The notes beneath the pieces are model-generated. The model had not been told where the DNA came from and made no database searches. It saw nothing but the letters and a program-made list of their open reading frames with translations. A DNA stretch of 64,000 nt from Parcubacteria group bacterium (GTDB lineage Bacteria; Patescibacteriota; Minisyncoccia; Moranbacterales; UBA2206), in contig JBAYLE010000001.1 of NCBI GenBank assembly GCA_041664225.1, positions 4,939 to 68,938 of the forward strand. Direction: 5' to 3'. Every line of letters begins with the position of its first letter. Position 1 is the first letter of the stretch. Positions 56,008 to 64,000 of this stretch are shown here, piece by piece. The translations under genes were made by a program, and so were the position numbers.

Positions 56008-56475
56008 ATGCCACGTAGAAAAAGAATTTATAAGAAAAACATCAAAGCTGATCCGAAATATAACAATGTTTTGGTTGGAAAATTTGTCGGAAACATCATG
56101 CAAGCCGGAAAGAGATCAGTTGCGGAAAAAATCATGTATGATGCTTTTGATATTATTCACGAAAGAACCAAAAAAGGCGGACTGAATATTTTTGAGCAAG
56201 CGTTGAAAAATGTCGCTCCCTTGGTTGAACTCAAATCCAGACGAGTGGGCGGAGCGAACTATCAGGTGCCAGTTCCGGTCTCCGGCGAAAGAAGGACAAC
56301 CCTGGCAATCCGTTGGATCAAAGCGGCAGTTAGAGGAAAAAAAGGCAAGAGAATGGCTGAAAAATTAGCAGATGAATTTTTAGATGCTTCAAATAAGACT
56401 GGTGGAGCAATTAAGAAAAGGGATGATGTCCACAGGATGGCTGAAGCCAATAAGGCCTTTGCTCACTTTGCGTAG
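56008..56475 (+). CDS. rpsG: 30S ribosomal protein S7
   Basis: MPRRKRIYKKNIKADPKYNN... Confidence 0.9.
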   Translation: MPRRKRIYKKNIKADPKYNNVLVGKFVGNIMQAGKRSVAEKIMYDAFDIIHERTKKGGLNIFEQALKNVAPLVELKSRRVGGANYQVPVPVSGERRTTLAIRWIKAAVRGKKGKRMAEKLADEFLDASNKTGGAIKKRDDVHRMAEANKAFAHFA

Positions 56476-56536
56476 AAATTAATTTTTTTTAAGACATTAG
56501 GACCTTTGGGGCCCATTGATCTGGTTTTTAAATTTT

Positions 56537-58627
56537 ATGGCTCGTCAGTATCCAATCGAAAAATATAGAAATATCGGGATTATTGCCCATATTGATGCCG
56601 GTAAAACAACAACTACCGAGCGTGTTTTGTTTTACACCGGAATCACGCACAAGATCGGAGAGGTGCATGAAGGCGCGGCGACGATGGATTGGATGGAGCA
56701 AGAAAAAGAACGTGGCATCACTATCACCTCTGCCGCTACAACTTGCTTTTGGAAAGAACATCAGATCAATATTATAGATACTCCGGGGCACGTGGATTTC
56801 ACGGTGGAAGTAGAAAGATCCATGCGCGTGCTGGACGGCGGTGTGGTGGTGTTTGATGGCAAGGAAGGCGTGGAACCGCAATCAGAAACTGTGTGGCGCC
56901 AAGCGGACAAATATAACGTGCCCAGAATTTGTTTTATTAACAAAATCGACAAAGAAGGCGCAGACTTTTTCTTTTCTTTAAAAACTATTTGGGATCGCTT
57001 GACTCCTAATGCGGTGGCGGCGCAAATTCCGATCGGTGAACGTGGCGATTTTATCGGTGTCGTTGATCTTTTGACTATGAAAGCATTCACTTTCGAAGGT
57101 GAAATGGGTATTGAAGTGGTTGAAGGTGAAATTCCCGCTGATTTGGTAGAAAAAGCCAAGGAATGGCGAGAAAAATTAGTTGAAAAAATCGCTGAAAATG
57201 ATGATAAATTGGCGGACAAATATTTAAACGGAGAAGAAATCAGCGTCCCGGAACTGAAAGCTGCGTTGCGCCGGGAGGTTATTGATGTAAAAGTTATTCC
57301 GGTTTTCACTGGCACCGCTCTTCGCAATAAGGGCGTGCAATTAATTTTGGATGCAGTAGTTGATTATCTGCCCTCGCCGCTGGACGTTCCAGCCATCAAG
57401 GGGCATGATGTCAATGACGCAACCAGAGAAATTGCGGTTAGTCCAAGAGACGATGCTCCGTTTGCTGCTTTGGCTTTCAAGGTAGCTACGGATCCGTTTG
57501 TGGGCCAACTGACTTTTTTTCGTGTATATTCCGGAACAATCAAAGCCGGATCATATGTTTTGAATGCGGGCAAAGGCGAAAAAGAAAGAGTGGGCAGAAT
57601 CTTACGCATGCATGCCAATCACCGCGAAGAAGTTGATGAACTATATTCCGGCGGTATTGGCGCTTTAGTGGGCATGAAAGCCACGACGACCGGCGATACG
57701 CTTTGTGATTTGGAACATCCTGTCCTTTTGGAGTCAATCACGTTTCCTGAACCGGTAATTTCTATTGCGATTGAGCCGAAAACTAAAGCTGATCAGGAAA
57801 AAATGGGCTTGGCCTTGCGCCGTTTGGCGGAAGAAGATCCGACTTTCAAAATGCGCACGGACGAAGAAACCGGGCAGACAATTATTTCCGGCATGGGCGA
57901 ATTACATCTGGATATTATCGTTGACCGTATGAAACGAGAATTTAAAGTGGAGGCCAACATTGGCCAGCCGCAAGTGGCTTATCGGGAAACGATCAAATCT
58001 CCGGCACAGGCGGAAGGCAAATATATCAAGCAATCCGGTGGACGTGGACAATATGGACATTGTTGGATCAAGGTTGAACCGCAAGAGCCTGGCAAGGGGT
58101 TTGAGTTTATCAGTGAAATCAAAGGCGGAGCTATTCCACAAGAATATATTACCCCGATCGGTAAGGGTGTGAAAGACGCGATGGACAGCGGTGTATTGGC
58201 CGGCTATCCCTTGGTGGATGTTAAAGCGACAGTTTATGACGGATCTTTCCATGAGGTGGACTCGTCCGAGGCTGCTTTTCGTATTGCCGGTTCAATGGCG
58301 ACCAAAGAAGCGGTCAGACGCGCTAATCCAGTGATTCTGGAACCGATCATGAAAGTTAATGTGATTACGCCGGAAAACTTTATGGGCGATGTTGTCGGCG
58401 ATATTAATTCCAAGCGGGGAATTATCAAAGAAATGAATGACAGAGGGGAAGGAATGGCGCGCGTGAAGGTGATCGATGCCGAAGCCCCGCTTTCTTCGAT
58501 GTTTGGATACGCGACCCAATTGCGGTCAATGAGCCAAGGCAGGGCCAACTATTCCATGGAATTTTCCCATTACGCCGAAGTGCCGAAAAACATTGCGGAA
58601 GAAATCATCGGCGGAGGAAAAAAATAA
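56537..58627 (+). CDS. fusA: Elongation factor G
   Basis: [17 protein letters not shown] and NKIDK. Confidence 0.9.
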   Translation: MARQYPIEKYRNIGIIAHIDAGKTTTTERVLFYTGITHKIGEVHEGAATMDWMEQEKERGITITSAATTCFWKEHQINIIDTPGHVDFTVEVERSMRVLDGGVVVFDGKEGVEPQSETVWRQADKYNVPRICFINKIDKEGADFFFSLKTIWDRLTPNAVAAQIPIGERGDFIGVVDLLTMKAFTFEGEMGIEVVEGEIPADLVEKAKEWREKLVEKIAENDDKLADKYLNGEEISVPELKAALRREVIDVKVIPVFTGTALRNKGVQLILDAVVDYLPSPLDVPAIKGHDVNDATREIAVSPRDDAPFAALAFKVATDPFVGQLTFFRVYSGTIKAGSYVLNAGKGEKERVGRILRMHANHREEVDELYSGGIGALVGMKATTTGDTLCDLEHPVLLESITFPEPVISIAIEPKTKADQEKMGLALRRLAEEDPTFKMRTDEETGQTIISGMGELHLDIIVDRMKREFKVEANIGQPQVAYRETIKSPAQAEGKYIKQSGGRGQYGHCWIKVEPQEPGKGFEFISEIKGGAIPQEYITPIGKGVKDAMDSGVLAGYPLVDVKATVYDGSFHEVDSSEAAFRIAGSMATKEAVRRANPVILEPIMKVNVITPENFMGDVVGDINSKRGIIKEMNDRGEGMARVKVIDAEAPLSSMFGYATQLRSMSQGRANYSMEFSHYAEVPKNIAEEIIGGGKK

Positions 58628-58700
58628 GACTTGTAACGCTTTTAATAAAAAATCCCGGCTTTAAGGGTCGGGGTTTTTATTTTCATGGTATAATTATTTT

Positions 58701-59351
58701 ATGAAAAAGATTCTTCCAAAAAAAGAATATGAGATTTTAAAAAAAATAAATACGCCGGTCAAAATTCAGAATTTTTTGGACACGATGCCGATGAATTTTG
58801 AAGAAGAGGGTGACACCTGTTTTTCTCCCATGACAGTTTTAGAAAAAAATTCCTGCCATTGTATTGAGGGTGCCATATTAGCCGCCCTGGCGCTTCGTGT
58901 TCATGGTTATCCACCGCTACTTTTGGATTTAACGGCCGATAAGACTGACTATGATCACGTGGTTACCGTATTTAAAATCGATGGTAAGTGGGGCGCCCTA
59001 TCCAAAACCAACCATTCAGTTTTGCGTTACCGTGAACCAGTCTATGGTTCTGTCCGGGAACTGGTCATGAGCTATTTTCATGATTACGTGAATATTAATA
59101 CGAGCAAAAAAACTTTGCGCAGTTTCGCGCGGCCGGTTAATCTGAAGCGTTTTGATTCTTTGGGTTGGATGACTACCAAAGAAGAAATTTTTTATATCCC
59201 GGCACATCTGGCGGATATTAAACATCATAAAATTTTGAATCGAAAACAAATTCTCAATCTGCGTCCGGCTGATGCGATTGAAATCAAAGTGGGCAGCATT
59301 CAGGAATGGCAAGATTCGCAGGGCAATGCGCCTAAATATCCTTCCTGCTGA
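58701..59351 (+). CDS. Transglutaminase-like / papain-like cysteine peptidase-fold protein
   Basis: NSCHCIEGAILAALALRVHGYP (Cys nucleophile context as in the TGase core) followed by DYDHVVTVFKIDGKWG (His). TATAAT lies 7 nt upstream of the ATG. Confidence 0.45.
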   Translation: MKKILPKKEYEILKKINTPVKIQNFLDTMPMNFEEEGDTCFSPMTVLEKNSCHCIEGAILAALALRVHGYPPLLLDLTADKTDYDHVVTVFKIDGKWGALSKTNHSVLRYREPVYGSVRELVMSYFHDYVNINTSKKTLRSFARPVNLKRFDSLGWMTTKEEIFYIPAHLADIKHHKILNRKQILNLRPADAIEIKVGSIQEWQDSQGNAPKYPSC

Positions 59352-59380
59352 AATAATTTTTTGTTTGATAAATTTCTTAA

Positions 59381-59421
59381 AAAGATAAAAAATAAATCCC
59401 CGCTGTGCCTTGCGGGGATTT
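59381..59421 (-). terminator. Rho-independent terminator for the 407-aa minus-strand gene (aaatccccgc/gcggggattt stem, T-run on the minus strand)
   Basis: Forward strand reads aaaagataaaaaataaatccccgctgtgccttgcggggattt. Confidence 0.65.
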
Positions 59422-59426
59422 GGTGG

Positions 59427-60650
59427 TCACAGTATGACCGTTTTCGCGCCGAGAGGAAGAGTTCCAGGAAGGAGCTTTTCCTTGTGCACAATTGATGGTT
59501 TTACCCGGACGCATTTTGGAGCTTCCAATATGCGTCCTTGGCCGGGTCTTTTGCGAAAAGTTCCGCTGCGGAAGTGGAAACACTTCTCGCCACCGCCACC
59601 TTTTCGGCTATGGCGGATCATTTCTGCCAGCTGTCTGTCTCTCCTGTCCAGATAATTGGTGAGATCGAGGACAAAAAGTTGTGAACTATGGGTAATTGCT
59701 TTTTTATTATTGATTTTGTCTCCAATGATTGACTTCCATTTTTCCGGTCTTGAGTAATGAAGTGATGGAAGAGTGTTGAGATATTGGCAGAAGCTGATTG
59801 CCAAATGTCTGGCTTTTTCAAGGATGGAATATCTCATAAATTTATCCTCGGTGTCTGTGGAACTAGCTGCCAAATCTATCCCTCGTTCAGCACCGAAGAC
59901 TTCCAAGCGTTGATGGAAATCTTTGAAACTTTCCGTAAGAGGCGTATCAACCGGAGTGCTGCTTTGATCCGATTTTTCAAAAACCGTAAAGAATGAGTCC
60001 ATATATGCTATTCCCATGGTGTTAATCTTATGAAACAATTTTTCCATATATGGATATCCACGCTTTCTGATCATCTTTGGAATCACTCCCATGTCTTCCT
60101 TGGAAAGCATCCGGTATTCATCTAACTTTTTCGAAAATGCCGAGATACTTATAAAATCATTTCCTTCCAGATCCGGAATACAATCGCTGATATTACTAAC
60201 CAGTAGAAAATCAAATTCATTTCCTTTTTCATCAGTAAGTGGCTCTCCCAATTCGATGCCGAACGAGCGCAATGGCCAGTCGATATCTTCCCAATCTGTC
60301 CCCTTGAGCGATGTCGCGCTCAGAATCGTCTGGAGGTCGGCGGGGACATGGAAGACTCTTCTGGAATGTCTGGTCCAGGCGAAGAGATCCGGAGGCAATG
60401 ATCCCAGATGCAATAATTCTGACCAAGTGCCGATCGAGCCGGAAAAACGATCTTGATCAAAAGGTCCATTGAGGCTTTGCATAAGATGGTCTCGAAACTC
60501 TGGTGCGTGAAGCAAGGGGCCCTCAATGGCGCGAGGAATCTTATTCTTGAATTGTGGAAAAGCTTCCCAATAGGTTCTGAGAATAAAACAAAAATCTTCC
60601 CAAAGCCTTAACGCTTGCTCTAGACGAAGAACATGTTTGCCTTGTGGCAT
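59427..60650 (-). CDS. Hypothetical 407-aa protein, GC-richer than its surroundings; no recognisable motif
   Basis: Long ORF with protein-like composition. About 45% GC versus about 40% in the flanks. CTG/CCG codons are used, unlike the host genes. Confidence 0.5.
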   Translation of the reverse strand: MPQGKHVLRLEQALRLWEDFCFILRTYWEAFPQFKNKIPRAIEGPLLHAPEFRDHLMQSLNGPFDQDRFSGSIGTWSELLHLGSLPPDLFAWTRHSRRVFHVPADLQTILSATSLKGTDWEDIDWPLRSFGIELGEPLTDEKGNEFDFLLVSNISDCIPDLEGNDFISISAFSKKLDEYRMLSKEDMGVIPKMIRKRGYPYMEKLFHKINTMGIAYMDSFFTVFEKSDQSSTPVDTPLTESFKDFHQRLEVFGAERGIDLAASSTDTEDKFMRYSILEKARHLAISFCQYLNTLPSLHYSRPEKWKSIIGDKINNKKAITHSSQLFVLDLTNYLDRRDRQLAEMIRHSRKGGGGEKCFHFRSGTFRKRPGQGRILEAPKCVRVKPSIVHKEKLLPGTLPLGAKTVIL

Positions 60651-60821
60651 AAGTTATCCTTTCCTGCGGCTGTATTTTTAAAGAAAAACAACTGATGAAA
60701 GAGTATAACTCCAATTTGGTAATTTGTCAATATCCATCAAAAATACTTGCATCTTTTGTAAGATTTTGCTAGAAATATGATAGTACAAAAAAGAATAATT
60801 TTTTGGAAAGGGGGGTGTTTT

Positions 60822-61196
60822 ATGTCAGAAGCCATCACATTCAACGCCAAAAACATTAGAGCACAGGATTTAGGTGAGTTGCTTAGCGCTTCAATGATGA
60901 TGTTGACGGGATTAGCCTGGAGAACAACTGTTGTTACGGATGAGCTGGTGGCCGAGATAGATCGCATGAGAAACTCAGTTGTACGCAAAATGAATCCGCG
61001 GATCTGGGAAAAATATCCCGGCGTCTGGTTCACCGCCAAAGTGACGACTGCCGAAGTGGATGCGCAAGAGATCATTTTTATTATGCTGGATGATGATTTG
61101 TCATCATCGGCAGCGAACAGATCTTTCTCAATGATGGAAACGATGGAACAACCCGAAGAAGATCCTTTTTATGTCAGTATCGTTTCCTTGAATTGA
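60822..61196 (+). CDS. Hypothetical 125-aa protein (start preceded by AAAGGGGGGTG)
   Basis: ORF with a strong SD, divergent from the 407-aa gene. Confidence 0.45.
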   Translation: MSEAITFNAKNIRAQDLGELLSASMMMLTGLAWRTTVVTDELVAEIDRMRNSVVRKMNPRIWEKYPGVWFTAKVTTAEVDAQEIIFIMLDDDLSSSAANRSFSMMETMEQPEEDPFYVSIVSLN

Positions 61197-61213
61197 GGGA
61201 GTATGCTGATGAG

Positions 61214-61254
61214 CTAGCCGGGCTAGTTTATAACCCGGCTAGTTTTTTTATTTT
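61214..61254 (+). terminator. Rho-independent terminator (ctagccggg/cccggctag stem plus T7)
   Basis: ctagccgggctagtttataacccggctagttttttt. Confidence 0.65.
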
Positions 61255-61277
61255 CTGATTCGGGTAGAGACGGGCGA

Positions 61278-61306
61278 TTGACAGAGTCTTTAAAATGAAT
61301 TAAAAT
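61278..61306 (+). promoter_or_regulatory. Sigma70 promoter TTGACA-17-TAAAAT for the 92-aa ORF
   Basis: ttgacagagtctttaaaatgaattaaaat. Confidence 0.55.
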
Positions 61307-61338
61307 TTATTCATAACATCAAAGATAAGCATATTTTT

Positions 61339-61617
61339 ATGTTTGATAAAAAACTCAAAGAGGCGCTGGAGCTTTTGGGCGGGAAAGCGATTTTGAATGA
61401 CGAGCAACAGTATTATGTCGTGATGACTTTAAAAGAATTTAAGAAAATGAAACAGGATGGCGTTGAGGGCTTGACAAAGCAGGAATTGGTTGATAAGATT
61501 AACAACGATATCGCCATTTGGAAAGTTTCTCAGGAGGATGAAGAAATGGCCATAAAGATGGAAGAATTGGAAGAGAGCGAGCCGGAAGAAATCCATTACG
61601 AAAAACCGGTGGCTTGA
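61339..61617 (+). CDS. Hypothetical acidic 92-aa protein
   Basis: ORF with its own promoter. E/D-rich C-terminus. Confidence 0.4.
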   Translation: MFDKKLKEALELLGGKAILNDEQQYYVVMTLKEFKKMKQDGVEGLTKQELVDKINNDIAIWKVSQEDEEMAIKMEELEESEPEEIHYEKPVA

Positions 61618-61618
61618 C

Positions 61619-61627
61619 TTATCCACA
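61619..61627 (+). promoter_or_regulatory. Perfect DnaA-box 9-mer TTATCCACA, 13 nt upstream of the tuf -35
   Basis: gacttatccacaggag. Confidence 0.4.
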
Positions 61628-61639
61628 GGAGTTCAGTAC

Positions 61640-61668
61640 TTGCCAAGATTTGGAATACATAGTACAAT
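61640..61668 (+). promoter_or_regulatory. Sigma70 promoter TTGCCA-17-TACAAT for tuf
   Basis: ttgccaagatttggaatacatagtacaat. Confidence 0.55.
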
Positions 61669-61774
61669 AATTTTTGTAATATAAAGTAATTAAATAATCT
61701 ATTAAAATTCGCAAATTTGCGGGTTCGGTGTTTTTTAATTCCGACGCTAACTTGCGAAAATAAAGCAAAAAAAT

Positions 61775-62968
61775 ATGGCAGCAGAACAATTTCAAAGAAC
61801 CAAGCCGCATGTAAACGTAGGAACCATTGGACATGTTGACCATGGAAAAACTACCTTAACTGCAGCGATTCTCCATGTCCTTGCGTTTAAGGGACAAGCC
61901 AAAGAGAAGGGAATCGATGAAATCGACAAAGCCCCGGAAGAAAGAGAGCGCGGTATTACCATCGCGACCGCTCACTGTGAATACGAGTCTGACAAAAGAC
62001 ATTATGCTCACGTAGATTGTCCGGGACACGCTGATTATATCAAAAACATGATTACGGGTGCCGCTCAGATGGATGGCGCTATTCTTGTGGTAGCCGCGAC
62101 TGACGGTCCGATGCCACAGACCCGCGAACATATCCTGTTGGCAAAATATGTAAATGTACCGGAAATCGTAGTCTTTTTGAATAAGGTGGATATGGTGGAT
62201 GATCCAGAGCTGATTGATCTGGTAGAAGCGGAAGTTCGTGAACTTTTGACTAAATACGAATTTGATGGTGACAACGCGCGGATTATCCGTGGTTCAGCGC
62301 TGAAAGCTTTGGAGGCTAAATCAGTTGATGATGAAGCAGCGAAGCCAGTTTGGGAATTAATTAAAGCGTTGGATGAAAAAATCCCGGAACCGATGCGTGA
62401 AATCGACAAGCCATTTTTGATGCCGATCGAAGACATTTTTTCAATCGAAGGCCGCGGAACAGTAGTAACAGGCAGAATTGAACGCGGTCAAATTAGTGTC
62501 AATGAAGAAGTTGAAATCGTGGGTATCCGCCCGACAACCAAAACAACTGTGACCGGAATTGAAATGTTCAATAAATCTCTGGATAAAGGGATGGCTGGGG
62601 ATAATGCCGGTGTCTTGCTTCGTGGTACCAAGAAAGAAGATGTTGAAAGAGGCCAAGTTTTGGCAAAACCGGGAACAATTACTCCGCACACCGAATTTGA
62701 AGGTGAGGTTTACATTTTGACCAAAGAAGAAGGCGGAAGGCATACCCCTTTCTTTAAGGGCTACAAACCTCAATTTTATGTTCGAACTACGGATGTAACT
62801 GGTGAAGTTATTTTACCGGAAGGAACTGAAATGGTAATGCCGGGAGACACCATCAATCTTGCTGTCAAACTAATGGCTCCTGTGGCTATGGAAGAAGGAA
62901 TGAGATTTGCAATTCGCGAAGGCGGCCGCACAGTGGGTGCTGGTGTTGCAACCAAAATCATAAAATAA
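61775..62968 (+). CDS. tuf: Elongation factor Tu
   Basis: [22 protein letters not shown] and NKVD. Confidence 0.95.
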   Translation: MAAEQFQRTKPHVNVGTIGHVDHGKTTLTAAILHVLAFKGQAKEKGIDEIDKAPEERERGITIATAHCEYESDKRHYAHVDCPGHADYIKNMITGAAQMDGAILVVAATDGPMPQTREHILLAKYVNVPEIVVFLNKVDMVDDPELIDLVEAEVRELLTKYEFDGDNARIIRGSALKALEAKSVDDEAAKPVWELIKALDEKIPEPMREIDKPFLMPIEDIFSIEGRGTVVTGRIERGQISVNEEVEIVGIRPTTKTTVTGIEMFNKSLDKGMAGDNAGVLLRGTKKEDVERGQVLAKPGTITPHTEFEGEVYILTKEEGGRHTPFFKGYKPQFYVRTTDVTGEVILPEGTEMVMPGDTINLAVKLMAPVAMEEGMRFAIREGGRTVGAGVATKIIK

Positions 62969-63060
62969 GTTTTCTCTTTGAGCCCGCTATGCTTGACAAA
63001 GCGGGCTTTATAGAGTAAATTTTATAAAGTAAGTTCAAGAGGAAAACTCGTTAAAAACCA

Positions 63061-63387
63061 ATGATTAAAAAGGAAGAAGAAGCAAAATCAAGAATAAGGA
63101 TCAAGATCAAGGCGTACGACCATAAGATTATTGATCAATCGGCCAAGCAAATCGTAGATACGGCGGAAAGATCGGGAGCAGCTATCACTGGTCCAGTGCC
63201 TTTACCAACTGAAATTAGGAAGTTTACCGTCAATAAATCTACTTTTGTGCACAAAGACGCGCGCGACCAATATGAAATGAGAATGCACAAAAGATTAATC
63301 GACATATGGAATCCGACTCCGAAGACGATTGATAGTTTAACTAATCTTGATTTACCGGCCGGAGTGGATATAGAAATAAAGATGTAA
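63061..63387 (+). CDS. rpsJ: 30S ribosomal protein S10
   Basis: [40 protein letters not shown]. Confidence 0.9.
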   Translation: MIKKEEEAKSRIRIKIKAYDHKIIDQSAKQIVDTAERSGAAITGPVPLPTEIRKFTVNKSTFVHKDARDQYEMRMHKRLIDIWNPTPKTIDSLTNLDLPAGVDIEIKM

Positions 63388-63414
63388 TTAACGAGACACT
63401 AGTTAAAGTCCTGA

Positions 63415-63430
63415 TCCCGAGTACTCGGGA
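63415..63430. repeat. Second copy of the 16-bp perfect palindrome TCCCGAGTACTCGGGA, in the rpsJ-rplC spacer
   Basis: Identical to 5404-5419, and the preceding A is shared too. Confidence 0.7.
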
Positions 63431-63473
63431 GGGATACTCAACTAGCCAGAAAAAAACACTCATAAAGAGTGGA

Positions 63474-63504
63474 CTGGCGTGTGAGAACACCAGTTTTTTG
63501 TTTG
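63474..63504 (+). terminator. Weak hairpin plus T6 in the rpsJ-rplC spacer (possible attenuator)
   Basis: ctggcgtgtgagaacaccagttttttgtttg. Confidence 0.3.
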
Positions 63505-63511
63505 TAAAATC

Positions 63512-64000
63512 ATGGAGAAGTTTATACTTGGTAAAAAATTAGGCATGACCACCATTTATGGTGATGAAAAAGAAGCACAGCACGTGACGCTTGTTGAATG
63601 TGGCGCGGCAGTTTCTTTGGTCCGGACTGTTGAAAAAGATGGATATGGTGCAGTGCAATTGGAAATGCAAAAGACAAAGAAACGCAAGATAGCTAAAGAA
63701 TTTAGAGTTGAAAATACAGAACTAAAAATAGGTGACAAGGTGGGTGTGGATATTTTTGTAATTGGGGATGTTGTTAGAATGAGCGGCATAACCAAGGCCA
63801 AGGGTTTCCAGGGCGGTGTGAAAAGACATGGCTTTGCCGGTTCGTGTAAAACGCATGGACACAAGCATGATTTGCGGGCACCTGGTTCTATCGGCGCGAC
63901 TACTCCGCAGCATGTGGTTAAGGGAAAGCGAATGGCTGGCAGAATGGGCGGAGTCCGGGCAACTAGTCAAAATTTGAAAGTGGTTTATTTGGATAAAGAA
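63512..64000 (+). CDS. rplC: 50S ribosomal protein L3 (3' end lies outside the window)
   Basis: MEKFILGKKLGMTTIYGDE ... GFQGGVKRHGFAG ... MAGRMGG. Confidence 0.9.
   Translation, partial: MEKFILGKKLGMTTIYGDEKEAQHVTLVECGAAVSLVRTVEKDGYGAVQLEMQKTKKRKIAKEFRVENTELKIGDKVGVDIFVIGDVVRMSGITKAKGFQGGVKRHGFAGSCKTHGHKHDLRAPGSIGATTPQHVVKGKRMAGRMGGVRATSQNLKVVYLDKE

Noticed and set aside
59410-59655. Plus-strand 81-aa ORF overlapping the 3' end of the 407-aa minus gene
   Set aside because: Arg/Pro-rich shadow of the GC-richer minus-strand gene. It begins inside that gene's terminator hairpin.
40586-61627. oriC, suggested by the DnaA-box 9-mers
   Set aside because: The five boxes are spread over 21 kb, one per intergenic region, with no cluster, AT-rich unwinding element or adjacent dnaA/dnaN. 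They look like transcription-factor sites.

Overview
This 64-kb window comes from a low-GC (about 40%) bacterial chromosome that looks like a streamlined Patescibacteria/CPR-type genome. Supporting that reading: a type-2 IleRS with a KxxKR motif, an archaeal/eukaryote-type GlyRS, ComEC encoded as two ORFs, many genes joined by overlapping stop/start codons, and almost everything on the + strand. The content is mostly housekeeping. There are four aminoacyl-tRNA synthetases (ileS partial, glyS, metG, leuS) and ribosomal/translation genes (rpsL-rpsG-fusA ... tuf-rpsJ-rplC, plus an unlisted rpmB on the - strand). There is a complete F1Fo ATP synthase operon (atpZ-B-E-F-H-A-G-D-C). RNA-modification genes present are tgt, rsmI, rlmN and a bacterial Elp3 next to a class I methyltransferase. 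Envelope genes include glmS, yvcK, a sugar nucleotidyltransferase and an SLT/LysM protein. An SOS/dNTP block carries lexA and nrdR-nrdD-nrdG (class III RNR). Also present are peptidases (M17, M16, M50, U32), recO, tatD, dxs and an Nramp transporter. I found no rRNA, tRNA, CRISPR array, transposase or integrase. Several features stand out. (1) A Nudix-like domain is inserted inside LeuRS, and a second stand-alone Nudix gene is translationally coupled to metG. (2) The ATP synthase operon is interrupted three times. Two antisense mini-genes sit between atpH/atpA and atpG/atpD, each with its own near-consensus sigma70 promoter, SD and terminator. A very AT-rich membrane-protein gene sits between atpD and atpC. 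(3) A roughly 3-kb island of unknown-function genes is inserted between fusA and tuf; one gene is GC-richer and on the opposite strand. (4) The class III RNR has a degenerate C-terminal tail and a separate 99-aa Zn-ribbon/glycyl-radical protein. (5) A higher-GC island carries a purH broken exactly at its domain linker, with an SD and TTG restart, plus a secreted protein. (6) Five perfect DnaA-box 9-mers (TTATCCACA) sit just upstream of promoters, including the nrdR promoter. (7) A 16-bp perfect palindrome occurs twice, once in-frame inside tgt within a low-complexity insertion. (8) An HTH domain is fused to the Nramp transporter. All calls rest on reading the translated ORFs and the DNA by eye; no database searches were possible.
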